A DNA stretch of 64,000 nt from Planctomycetota bacterium (lineage in GTDB: Bacteria > Planctomycetota > B15-G4). A program made the translations under genes and the position numbers. Positions 16,406-26,951 of the stretch are shown here, one piece after another (the stretch's first letter is position 1; every line of letters starts with the position of its first letter). The stretch is from NCBI GenBank assembly GCA_020638905.1, contig JACKHP010000002.1, positions 258,910 through 322,909 on the forward strand. The letters run 5' to 3'. The notes under the pieces are model-generated. The model ran no database searches and was not told the origin of the DNA. It saw only the letters and a list, made by a program, of their open reading frames with translations.

Positions 16406-17368
16406 TCAGGCCGCCTCGCCCCACGGCGCGGGCGCCGGCTCGGGAACGCCCGGCCGTTCGTCACGCGGGACGCGCGCGCAGCGCAGCGAGAACAGGAACG
16501 CGGTGGCGAGCAGGGCGGCGCCGTTGGCCACGTGCAGCGACGTCACGATCGGCTGCTTGCCCGTCCACACGACGGACGCGCCGAGCACGCCCTGGACGAA
16601 CACGAGCCCCGCCAGCCACGACGCGTGGTCGAGCAGGTGCGGCAGCCGGCGCGGCACGATCAGCGCCGCGCGCCACACGAGCGCGAAGACGACGATCGCG
16701 AACGTGCGGTGCGCCATGTGGATCCACACCAGCCGGTCGACGTGCTCGGGAAGCAACGACCCGTCGGCCGACACGGGGAAGAACGGGACGGCCAGGCCGG
16801 CCTCGTTGTGTCGCATCCACGCGCCGAGCAGGAGCTGCACGAAGATCGCGGCGACCGCGACGAGCGCGGCCCGCAAGGCGCGGGTTCGCCCGGCGCGCAG
16901 CTCCGCGAAGCGCGCCGGCGCGTCGGCGAACTCGCGCGAGCAGGCGTACGCCAGCGCGGTCACCGTGCACAGGAAGACCTGCGCCAGCGTGCCGTGCGAG
17001 GCCGAGAGCCACGGCGGCAGCTTGTAGCGCACCGTGAGACCGCCCAGCAGGCCCTGCAGGCAGACGACGCCGACGGCCGTCCACGCGAGCCGACGCACCC
17101 ACGCCCGGGACTCGGTGCGTTGCGTCCACACGGCGAGCAGCACCGTGAGGAGGCCGATCGTGGCCGCGATCGTGCGGTGTCCGTGCTCGTAGAACACGCC
17201 GCCGACCATGTTCGGCCAGAGCTTGCCGTACGAGAGCGGCCAGTCGGGGACGGACAGTCCCGCCTCGCGGCTCTTGACCTCGGCGCCCGCGAACACGAGC
17301 AGCACCGTGAGCGCGGCGAGGGCCACGCCCGATCGACGTCGCGCGACGGACGGCGTGCTGCTCCTCAT
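16406..17368 (-). CDS. ctaA: haem A synthase (COX15/CtaA family)
   Basis: 319-aa polytopic membrane protein with paired His motifs FYEHGHRTIA and HMAHRTFA. It is adjacent to ctaB. Confidence 0.88.
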   Translation of the reverse strand: MRSSTPSVARRRSGVALAALTVLLVFAGAEVKSREAGLSVPDWPLSYGKLWPNMVGGVFYEHGHRTIAATIGLLTVLLAVWTQRTESRAWVRRLAWTAVGVVCLQGLLGGLTVRYKLPPWLSASHGTLAQVFLCTVTALAYACSREFADAPARFAELRAGRTRALRAALVAVAAIFVQLLLGAWMRHNEAGLAVPFFPVSADGSLLPEHVDRLVWIHMAHRTFAIVVFALVWRAALIVPRRLPHLLDHASWLAGLVFVQGVLGASVVWTGKQPIVTSLHVANGAALLATAFLFSLRCARVPRDERPGVPEPAPAPWGEAA

Positions 17369-17429
17369 GCGGGCTTGCGCCAGCGCGCGACGCGCATCGC
17401 GAGGGACGCGCGTCGCACGCCGCGACGGC

Positions 17430-18221
17430 TCACTTGCGCTCGAACGTGTGCTCGAGCTTGCCGTTGCCGCCCTCGACCTTCACCTTCTCGGTCGCCTCGC
17501 CGAGCACGCGGTGCCAGATCTTGACGGTGTACTCGCCGTCGGGCAGGCCCTCGGTCGAGAACGAGAAGCTGCCGTCGGCAGCGGTGGACGCGAAGAACGG
17601 GTGCTCCATCGAGAAGGCGTAGGTCATCATCCAGGGGTGCACGTCGCACTTGATCTGGATGGCCTCCTCGGCCTTCTTGAACTCCTTCTCGACCGACCCG
17701 CCCTTCGTCGGCATGGCGGTGTTGAACTCCTTGTTCGTGCGCGGCACCGCGTGGATGTTGTGCAGCGTGGCGTCGCTGTTGACGATCTTCAGCGTCTGCT
17801 TCTTCATGATGCCGAAGACCTGCGGGTGGTACGTGCAGCCCTCCTGGTCGAGCTCGACGGGCTCGTCGGGCGTCGCGTACTTGGCGTCGGGCGCGTCGGT
17901 CAGGAACACGAAGCAGTCGGCCAGACCGCCCTTGTCGTCGACGTCGATGTGCGTCCGGTGCAGCCCGTCGGGATGCAGGCCGGCGCAGACCGGGTCGGCG
18001 TTCAGGTCGACCGCGTCCTCCTTCGGACGCTCGCCCTTGAAGTGCACGACGCCCGCGACGCGACCGGCGGCCACGGGCGCGGCCTCCTTGGCGGGGACCG
18101 TGGACGTCGCCGGCTGGGCGGCGGGCGCGACGGGGGCGGCCGTGGGCTCGTCGGCGGCCAGGCTCATTCCGCCGATCACGACGGCGGCGAGGAAGGTGGA
18201 CACGGTGGTCTTGCGGAGCAT
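17430..18221 (-). CDS. secreted cupredoxin-like (type-1 copper site) protein with a carboxypeptidase-regulatory-like C-terminus
   Basis: Signal peptide starts at MLRKTTVSTFLAAVVIGGMSLA (ATG 18221). Candidate copper ligands are LHNIHA ... KCDVHPWMM (H, C-x2-H-x3-M). The C-terminus reads DGSFSFSTEGLPDGEYTVKIWH. Confidence 0.7.
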   Translation of the reverse strand: MLRKTTVSTFLAAVVIGGMSLAADEPTAAPVAPAAQPATSTVPAKEAAPVAAGRVAGVVHFKGERPKEDAVDLNADPVCAGLHPDGLHRTHIDVDDKGGLADCFVFLTDAPDAKYATPDEPVELDQEGCTYHPQVFGIMKKQTLKIVNSDATLHNIHAVPRTNKEFNTAMPTKGGSVEKEFKKAEEAIQIKCDVHPWMMTYAFSMEHPFFASTAADGSFSFSTEGLPDGEYTVKIWHRVLGEATEKVKVEGGNGKLEHTFERK

Positions 18222-18493
18222 GGGAGACCTCGCGGAGGACGGAAGGAGGGCCGCGCGACTTCGCGCGGAGCCTGTCTCCGGGTGCACACTTTTCGTCCCG
18301 GGGACGGTTGCGTCGGGTAGCCTACGAAAACCTGCGGACCGAGGGGAAGGGCATGACGGTCCGGTGAGGGGCCGGGCGCCGGGGGCCACCAGGCGCGGGC
18401 GGCCAATCCGCCCAGGATCCCGACCTCCAGGTGACGTGCGGCTCCGTCCGACGGATGATGCAGCCGCTCCTGGCCGCTCGAAGGAGGTCGCCC

Positions 18494-21400
18494 ATGCGCC
18501 GCCCGTCCGCCCCGACCGCCCTGCTCGTCCTGCTCGCGCTGTTCGCCTGCGTCTCCGACGCCGACGGACCGCGCTCGAGCCTCGGCCCGGCCCCCGGCGG
18601 CACGTCCTCCCCGTCGGCGCCCACCTCGGTCCCTGGGGGCTCTCCCGCCGACGGCCAGGGCGCCTCGGCCAATCCGGCCCCGCCCCCCAGCGCCGACCTG
18701 GCGGCGCTGCACGTCGAGCACGGCGCGCTCGCGTGGGGCGCCGCCCCCGCGACCTCCGGGGGCAGGCGGCGCGCGCTGCTCGTGGGCGCCGACCGCTACC
18801 GCGACGAACCGCTGCTCGACCTGGGCAAGGTCTCTCCGCTGCTCTCCGACCTGCGGGACACGCTGCTCGACGAGCGCCTGGGCTTCGACCGCGTCTCGCT
18901 CGTGACCGGCGACCGCGTGCATCCCGACATCGTGCAGGACGAGATCGCGTCGCTGACCGCCGACCTGTCCGGTCCCGACAACCACCTGCTCGTACTGTGG
19001 GTAGGCCACGGCTTCAACGACGGCAGCGGACGCGAGACGCTGCTCACCTACCGCAGCCGCGCCGAGACGACGTCGAGCGACCCGTCGGCGCTGCCCTACG
19101 ACCAGCTCGTGGGCTGGATCGCCCAGGCGCGCACGCGCGTCGACGACGCGGGCGGCGAGCTCACCACGTCGATGCTGCTCGACGCCTGTCGCCAGGACAG
19201 CCTCGGTTCGCCGGGACGCATCCGCGACCACGTGCCGGTGCTCGACGTCGAGGCCTTCTCGGCGCCGCTCGGCAGTCCGGCGCCCGGCGGAGCCACCACC
19301 GAGCCGCTCTGGACGCGCGCCCTGCAGCGCGCGCTGGCCGGCGCGCGCTCCGCCAAGGTCAGCCTGCTGCGCGCGCTCGAGAACGCGCGCGCCGAGGTCC
19401 TGCGGCAGTCCGGCGGACGGGTCGAGCCCGAGATCCCCACCGGCGCGCACGACGTGACGCTCGTCGACCACGACGACATCGCGCTCACCGTGCGCGTCGT
19501 CGATCGCTTCACCCAGGCCGAGATCGCGGGCGCGCAGGTGCGCCTCAACGCGCTCGAGCGCACGGCGCCGGCCACCTTCACCGGGCTCGCGCGCAGCCCC
19601 GAGGGCTACGCGCTCATGGTGCGCGCCGACGGCTACTTCTGGCGCGCCGAGACGATCCCGCTCGACCGCGCCCAGGCCGGCGGGACGCTCACCGTGCCGC
19701 TGGCGCCCGAGTTCGTGGCGCTCTCGGGTTCGGTGCGGCTCGAGGGCACGGGCGTGGCGCGCGTGGCGGTCACCGGCGGATTCCCCGGGCTGCGCGACGG
19801 TTGGCACGTCACGTCGACCGTCGTCGACGGCTCCGGCGCGTTCCTCCTCAAGGTGCCCGCGGTCACCGGCGAACGCGCCCTCGTGATCGACGTGAACGGA
19901 GAGGAGGCCCGGCGACGCACGTTCGACATGTCCACCATGCCCTCGTCGGTGGTCGACGTCGACGGGACGCGCGTGCGCGTGCTCGAGTTCGGCGCCAGCG
20001 TCGTCTCGGCGCGCGGCGCGGTCGAGGTCGGCGGCGGGACCCAGGCCGTCGTCGTGGGCGACCTGATCGACGTACGCTTCGACTTCGACTCGCTGGGCTC
20101 GTCCGACTTCACCGACCGCAACGGCTTCTCGTTCTACGGCACGGTGCACGTGTTCAGCGACCAGGGCGCGTACGGCAAGGCACGCCGCGACCTCGACACG
20201 CTGCTCGCGCAGGGACGCGTCGTGCCCGACGCCCGGGCACGCGCCGAGGAGCTGCGCCACGAGCTGCGCGTGGCCGACGCCATGAGCACGGCCTCCGACC
20301 TCCAGGAGACGGGCCGGCTCGACGAGGCCATCGAACAGCTCGACGTCCCCGGGCTGGTCGAGGACGGCCGCGTGCGCAGCGTGCTCGTCTCGTGGCTGCT
20401 GGCCAGCGCGCGCGGGCACCACGCCGAGCGGCGCTACGGCGACGCCGCGGCGCGCCTCGAGCGCGCGCGCGAACTCGATCCCGCGCAACCCGGTCTCGAC
20501 GACCAGCTCGCGCGCGTCCACGACGAGTGGATCGGGCACTTCTACGAGCAGGCGCTGGGCGACGGCTCGTGGGACAACGTCTCGGCGCTCGTGACGGTGC
20601 TGGCCGGCAAGGGCGTCCCCGGCGTGCAGTCGTGGCGCGAACGCATCGAACGCGAAGACATCACGCCCGCCTGCCGGCGCGCGTACACCGCCGCGCTCGA
20701 ACAGCTCGGCGCGGGCGCCCTCGAGGACGCGCTCGCGTCGTTCGAGACGGCGCTGGCGTCCGGCTGCAACGAGCAGTACCGCTCGCAGATCACCCCGCAG
20801 CTCGCCGCGCTGCGCAACCAGCTCTTCGACCGGCACGTGAAGGCCGGCGCCGAGCGCGAGGCGGCCGGCGCGCTCTCCGACGCGTTGGCCGAGTACGTCG
20901 CGGCCCACGCCCTCGACCGCGTGGTGACCGACCGCATCGCCAGCCTGCTCGCGGCGCCCGAGCTCCCGCACGACACCACGATCGACGAGCTGGCCGGCCG
21001 CTTCCGGGCCCAGGAGGACGACTGGGAGGGGCGTCGCACCGAGCGCCTGCTGGCCCTGGGCGACCTGCGCGACTACGCGCGTCTCGACGCGACGGGTGTG
21101 GACGCCGTGCGGCGCGCGGCCGAACAGCGCTGGCCCGACGTCTTCGCGCACCTGGCGTTCCTGCGCGTCGAGCGCTTCGCGTGCGGGAGCAACGCCTTCG
21201 CCGTGGCGATCTACCGCCACCCCCCGACGGGGCTCGAGTTCGTGCTGCTGCCCGGCGGGACGTTCCTCCGCGGCAGCGGACCCGACGAGCCGGCGCGCCG
21301 CGACCACGAGAGCTCGCCCACGTCCACCACCGTCACGCCGTTCCTGGCGGCACGCACCGAGGTCACCCGTGCGCAGTGGCGCGCCGTCATGGGCGACGAC

Positions 21401-23074
21401 CCGTCGTGGTTCTCCGAGGCGCCGCTCGACGCTCCCGTCGAGTCGATCACGCCGACCCGGGCGCGTGAGTTCTGCGCGCGCTCCGGCTTCGAGCTGCCGA
21501 CCGAGTTCCGCTGGGAGTTCGCCTGCCGCGCGGGCAGCACGACGCCGCTGCCGAGCGGACCGATCACGGTGCGCGGCGACAACGACTCGCCCGAGGTCGA
21601 TGCGCTGGCCTGGTTCGGCGGCAACAGCGGCGTCGACTACCCGGGCGGCTCCGACAGCTCGTCGTGGGTCGCGCAGATCCACCCGCACGCCTTCGCCGGG
21701 ACGCACGCCGTGGCCGGCAAGGCGCCCAACGCGTTCGGACTGTACGACGTGCTCGGCAACGTCTGGGAGCTGTGCTCGAACACCTGGGAGGGTGACATCG
21801 GCGTGTCGCGCGGCGGGTCGTGGTCTTCGATCGCCGGCGACTGTCGCGCAGCCAGCCGCAACGCCGTGCAGCCCGACGAGGCCGCGCGCACGGTGGGCTT
21901 CCGTCCCGTGATCGAGCTGCCGGGCGAGATCGACACGGCCGCGGCACGCACGCGCCTGATCCAGAACCTGCTCGAGCTCGACGAGAGCGACTCCGACGAC
22001 GTGAGCGGCGACGGCAAGGGAGTGTACGAGTCACTCGAGCTCGACGACGGCTCCGGCAAGGGAGCGGAAGGCGACGGCGGCAAGTCCGGCGGCCTGCTCT
22101 CGGGCAAGATCGACGCCGACGTCTGGCGCTGGATGGCCGACCAGAACGGACTCTTCGACCGCGCGCGCTACGCCGAGCTCGACCTCGAAGGCGTCGAGCG
22201 CGTCCGGCGACTGGCCGAGCGTCGCTGGCCCGCGGCGTTCACCGACCTCGAGCTCTCGGAGGTGCGCTGGGAGTCCGGCGGCGACGCGTCGCACTTCGTC
22301 GCGGTCTACACGCAGCCGTCCAGCGGACTCGAGTTCGTGCTCGTCCCCGGCGGGACGTACGAGATGGGCTCGCAGCCCGGCTCGCCGGGTCACTCGTCCG
22401 ACGAGGGTCCGGCGCACGAGGTCACGATCGCACCGATGCTCGTGGCGCGCACAGAGGTCACCCAGGGCCAGTGGACGCGTGCGATGGGTTCGAACCCGTC
22501 GTACTTCGGCGGCCTGGGCGACGACCGTCCCGTCGAGCACGTCTCGTGGGACGACGCACACGGATTCTGCGATCGATTCGACCTGTCGCTCCCCACCGAG
22601 GCCGAGTGGGAGTACCTCTGCCGCGCCGGCACGACGACGCCCACACCGTGGGGAGGGATCACCCAGCTCGGCGACCGCGACTCCGACGCGCTCGACCCGG
22701 TCGCCGTCTACGGCGGCAACAGCGGCGTCGACGATCCGGGCGGACTCGACAGCAGCGGCTGGACGGGCGTGGCCCACCCCAGCGCGCGGGCCGCCACGCA
22801 TCCGGTCGCCTCGAAACAGGCCAATGCGTTCGGTCTCTACGACGTGCTCGGCAACGTCTACGAGTGGTGCGAGGACGTCTACCGCGGCGACTACAGCGAC
22901 GCACCGGGCGATGGCGGTCCGGTGCTCGGCGACGACCCGGACAAGGTCGTGCGCGGCGGCGACTTCAGCTCGACCGTCTCGAACTGCCGCTCGACCGCAC
23001 GGGGCCGCATCGAGAAGGACACGCAGACCTGCTACGTCGGGTTCCGTCCGGTGCGGCGGCTCGGCACACGCTGA
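18494..23074 (+). CDS. 1526-aa lipoprotein: caspase-like (C14) peptidase + beta-sandwich/helical middle + two FGE-sulfatase (FGS) domains
   Basis: AAGGAGG lies 6 nt before ATG 18494. Lipobox LLALFAC. Caspase blocks RRALLVGADRY, LLVLWVGHG (His codon 19007-19009) and SMLLDACRQD (Cys codon 19187-19189). FGE-like blocks LEFVLLPGG..NAFGLYDVLGNVWE..RGGSW..VGFRPV (about 21232-21915) and LEFVLVPGG..NAFGLYDVLGNVYEW..RGGDF..VGFRPV (about 22328-23060). Confidence 0.85.
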   Translation: MRRPSAPTALLVLLALFACVSDADGPRSSLGPAPGGTSSPSAPTSVPGGSPADGQGASANPAPPPSADLAALHVEHGALAWGAAPATSGGRRRALLVGADRYRDEPLLDLGKVSPLLSDLRDTLLDERLGFDRVSLVTGDRVHPDIVQDEIASLTADLSGPDNHLLVLWVGHGFNDGSGRETLLTYRSRAETTSSDPSALPYDQLVGWIAQARTRVDDAGGELTTSMLLDACRQDSLGSPGRIRDHVPVLDVEAFSAPLGSPAPGGATTEPLWTRALQRALAGARSAKVSLLRALENARAEVLRQSGGRVEPEIPTGAHDVTLVDHDDIALTVRVVDRFTQAEIAGAQVRLNALERTAPATFTGLARSPEGYALMVRADGYFWRAETIPLDRAQAGGTLTVPLAPEFVALSGSVRLEGTGVARVAVTGGFPGLRDGWHVTSTVVDGSGAFLLKVPAVTGERALVIDVNGEEARRRTFDMSTMPSSVVDVDGTRVRVLEFGASVVSARGAVEVGGGTQAVVVGDLIDVRFDFDSLGSSDFTDRNGFSFYGTVHVFSDQGAYGKARRDLDTLLAQGRVVPDARARAEELRHELRVADAMSTASDLQETGRLDEAIEQLDVPGLVEDGRVRSVLVSWLLASARGHHAERRYGDAAARLERARELDPAQPGLDDQLARVHDEWIGHFYEQALGDGSWDNVSALVTVLAGKGVPGVQSWRERIEREDITPACRRAYTAALEQLGAGALEDALASFETALASGCNEQYRSQITPQLAALRNQLFDRHVKAGAEREAAGALSDALAEYVAAHALDRVVTDRIASLLAAPELPHDTTIDELAGRFRAQEDDWEGRRTERLLALGDLRDYARLDATGVDAVRRAAEQRWPDVFAHLAFLRVERFACGSNAFAVAIYRHPPTGLEFVLLPGGTFLRGSGPDEPARRDHESSPTSTTVTPFLAARTEVTRAQWRAVMGDDPSWFSEAPLDAPVESITPTRAREFCARSGFELPTEFRWEFACRAGSTTPLPSGPITVRGDNDSPEVDALAWFGGNSGVDYPGGSDSSSWVAQIHPHAFAGTHAVAGKAPNAFGLYDVLGNVWELCSNTWEGDIGVSRGGSWSSIAGDCRAASRNAVQPDEAARTVGFRPVIELPGEIDTAAARTRLIQNLLELDESDSDDVSGDGKGVYESLELDDGSGKGAEGDGGKSGGLLSGKIDADVWRWMADQNGLFDRARYAELDLEGVERVRRLAERRWPAAFTDLELSEVRWESGGDASHFVAVYTQPSSGLEFVLVPGGTYEMGSQPGSPGHSSDEGPAHEVTIAPMLVARTEVTQGQWTRAMGSNPSYFGGLGDDRPVEHVSWDDAHGFCDRFDLSLPTEAEWEYLCRAGTTTPTPWGGITQLGDRDSDALDPVAVYGGNSGVDDPGGLDSSGWTGVAHPSARAATHPVASKQANAFGLYDVLGNVYEWCEDVYRGDYSDAPGDGGPVLGDDPDKVVRGGDFSSTVSNCRSTARGRIEKDTQTCYVGFRPVRRLGTR

Positions 23075-23167
23075 CCGGCTCCGTCGCCGGACGAGCGAGG
23101 CACGGCACGCTCGCGTCCCGTGGGCGCGGCCGACGCGTACCGAGGCGCCGCGCTCCCCGAGACACGA

Positions 23168-23259
23168 CGAGCCCGGTGCACGCTCGCGCGTGCACCGGGC
23201 TCGGATTCCGCGGCGCCGACGCGAGGTCGGCGCCGCGGTCGGACGACTCGCGTCGTCCG
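23168..23259. terminator. three consecutive perfect GC-rich hairpins between convergent genes
   Basis: Hairpin 1 at 23168-23203 has a 16-bp stem (15-bp core GAGCCCGGTGCACGC/GCGTGCACCGGGCTC at 23169-23202 plus the C23168:G23203 pair). Hairpin 2 at 23208-23238 has a 13-bp stem (CCGCGGCGCCGAC/GTCGGCGCCGCGG). Hairpin 3 at 23240-23259 has an 8-bp stem and ends 1 nt from the groEL stop. Confidence 0.5.
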
Positions 23260-23260
23260 G

Positions 23261-24886
<1,626 letters not shown>

Positions 24887-24952
24887 GTGTCTCTCTTGTC
24901 TCGGGTTGGTTCGGGATGGATGTGCGGGTGGCGGGCGAGCGCGCGACGCGCG

Positions 24953-25270
24953 TCAGCCGACCACGGCGAGGATCTCGTCCTCACGCACGATCAGGTACTC
25001 GTTGCCACCGACCTCGATCTCGGTCCCGGCGTACGACGAGAAGATGATGCGGTCGCCGGCCTTGACCTGCATCTTGCGGCGGGTGCCGTCGTCGAGCACG
25101 CGTCCGTCGCCGACGGCGATCACGGTGCCCTCGCGCGGCTTCTCCTTGGCCGACTCGGGCAGCACGATGCCGCCCGCGGTGACCGACTCGGCCTCGAGGC
25201 GCTGCACGAGCACGTTGTCGCCCATCGGGGTGATGTTGACCTTGGTCGTCTTGGCGGTCTTCGTAGCCAT
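24953..25270 (-). CDS. groS: co-chaperonin GroES
   Basis: [54 protein letters not shown]... ATG at 25270. Lies 66 nt upstream of groEL. Confidence 0.95.
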   Translation of the reverse strand: MATKTAKTTKVNITPMGDNVLVQRLEAESVTAGGIVLPESAKEKPREGTVIAVGDGRVLDDGTRRKMQVKAGDRIIFSSYAGTEIEVGGNEYLIVREDEILAVVG

Positions 25271-25344
25271 TGCGATGAGACTCTCTTCCGTCGTGGGTTG
25301 GGATGGGTTGGGTCGCGGCGGCGACGCGCACTGCGCATCGCGCC

Positions 25345-25794
25345 TCAGGTGAGTCGCAGGTGTTCCTGGAGCAGGAGGCCGACGGCACGTTGCAGCCGGT
25401 CGGCGGAGATCGGCTTGTCGAGGAACGTGGTGCCGACCGACTCGCACGCCGCGCGCACGGCGCGCTCGGGATTGGCCGACATGAAGATGATGGGCAGCGC
25501 CCGGCGCGGGGTGTGGCGCGCGGGGCCCGACGGTCCGCCGATGAAGGCGCCGGCCAGGTATCGCTGGACGACCTCGACCCCGGTCATGTCGGGCATCTCG
25601 AAATCGAGGATCGAGAAGTCGACCGGTTCGCACAGGAGCTGGCGCAAGGCCTCGGCCCCGCACCCCGCGGTGAGCACCCGGAACCCGAACGGCGCCACGA
25701 GTTCGACGACCGAACCGCGCACGGCGACGTCGTCGTCGCCGATGAGCACGGTGAGGCGGCGGGTCTGGGGGCGAGTGGACACTGGCCGGGGCAT
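25345..25794 (-). CDS. stand-alone response-regulator receiver protein
   Basis: VLIGDDD.., [11 protein letters not shown] (phospho-acceptor Asp), FMSAN and LDKP. ATG at 25794. Ends 74 nt upstream of groES. Confidence 0.85.
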   Translation of the reverse strand: MPRPVSTRPQTRRLTVLIGDDDVAVRGSVVELVAPFGFRVLTAGCGAEALRQLLCEPVDFSILDFEMPDMTGVEVVQRYLAGAFIGGPSGPARHTPRRALPIIFMSANPERAVRAACESVGTTFLDKPISADRLQRAVGLLLQEHLRLT

Positions 25795-26103
25795 CCTGCG
25801 GGCGAACGGTCTCCGGCGCGCTCTGACAGCAAACCCAGTGCCAATGGCCGCCAGAGACCCCGGCGAGGGCCGGAGCGTCGGGATGACAGCTCCCCCGGAC
25901 CGGAGCGCGGACCCCGATCCGGCCCACGGCGCCGCCTCGAACGGGCTGCGCGCCTGCTCGCCATTCCCGCGAACTGCCGCGGCAGGGTGCGAGGCGAAGA
26001 CGAACCTCCCGCCGGATGGGGCCCTCGGGACGTGCGCCGCGGCGGTGCGCCTGCCAGAATGACCTGTCCTCCGCCGCGCTCCCGCCCCACCGACGGTGCC
26101 GAA

Positions 26104-26874
26104 ATGACAGCCTCGCGTCTCGATCGCCTGCGCCGGGCGCGGCTCTACCTCGTCGCGAGCGCCGACGGCCCCACCGCTCCCGCGCCGGGGACGCCGTTCT
26201 GGCGGGCGATCCGGGAGGCGGGCGAGGCCGGCGTCGGGGTCGTCCAGCTGCGGCTCAAGGGCTGTGCGATCGAGGCCCGGCGGGCGGCCCTCGCGCTGGC
26301 CCGCGGCCTGCTGCCGGACGACGTCCTGCTCGTCGTGAACGACGACCTCGCGGCGGTCTTCGGCCCGGACGGCACGCCGCTCGCGGACGGCCTGCACCTC
26401 GGCCGCGAGGACGCCGCCGCCCTCGCGGCGGCAGGCGCCCCCTCCGCCGCGCCCGGCGCCCCGTCCGCGGCGACGGACACCGGCTCCACCGCGCCGCCGT
26501 CGGCCGAGGCGATCGCCGCCGGGTTGCGGGCGGCGCGCTCCGCGCTGGGCGACGCGCTCCTGCTCGGGACGTCGACTCGCGCGCGCGACGAGATCGCGCG
26601 CGCGATCGCGGCCGGCGCCGACCACGTCGGCTTCGGCGCGATGGCGCCGACGTCCACGAAGGACGGCACGACGCGCGCCGACCCGGCCGAGCTCGCTGAA
26701 TGCGTGCGCGCCTTCCCCGCGCTGCCGATCTTCGCCATCGGCGGACTCTCGCCCGGGACGCTGCACCTCGTGCGCGATGCGGGCTGCACGCGCGCCGCGA
26801 TCGGCGCGGCCATCCTCGACGCGCGCGACGTCGGCGCGGCGACGCGCGCGTGCCTCGCCGCGCTCGACGCGTAG
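26104..26874 (+). CDS. thiE: thiamine-phosphate synthase (with an Ala/Pro-rich insertion)
   Basis: RLYLVAS.., [40 protein letters not shown] and FAIGGL. ATG at 26104. Confidence 0.8.
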   Translation: MTASRLDRLRRARLYLVASADGPTAPAPGTPFWRAIREAGEAGVGVVQLRLKGCAIEARRAALALARGLLPDDVLLVVNDDLAAVFGPDGTPLADGLHLGREDAAALAAAGAPSAAPGAPSAATDTGSTAPPSAEAIAAGLRAARSALGDALLLGTSTRARDEIARAIAAGADHVGFGAMAPTSTKDGTTRADPAELAECVRAFPALPIFAIGGLSPGTLHLVRDAGCTRAAIGAAILDARDVGAATRACLAALDA

Positions 26875-26951
26875 CCGCGACGACGCGTCGTCGAAGGTCG
26901 TCCGCGCGCGGGCGCGTGTCGTCGCCGCATCCCGCGCGCGGAGCGGGCGCT

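Noticed and set aside
25795-26103. Possible TPP (THI-box) riboswitch upstream of thiE.
   Set aside because: I looked for the conserved CUGAGA and ACCUGAUCUGGAUAAUGCCAGCG-like cores on the plus strand and did not find them. Only generic GC-rich stems are present. An Infernal scan with RF00059 would settle it.
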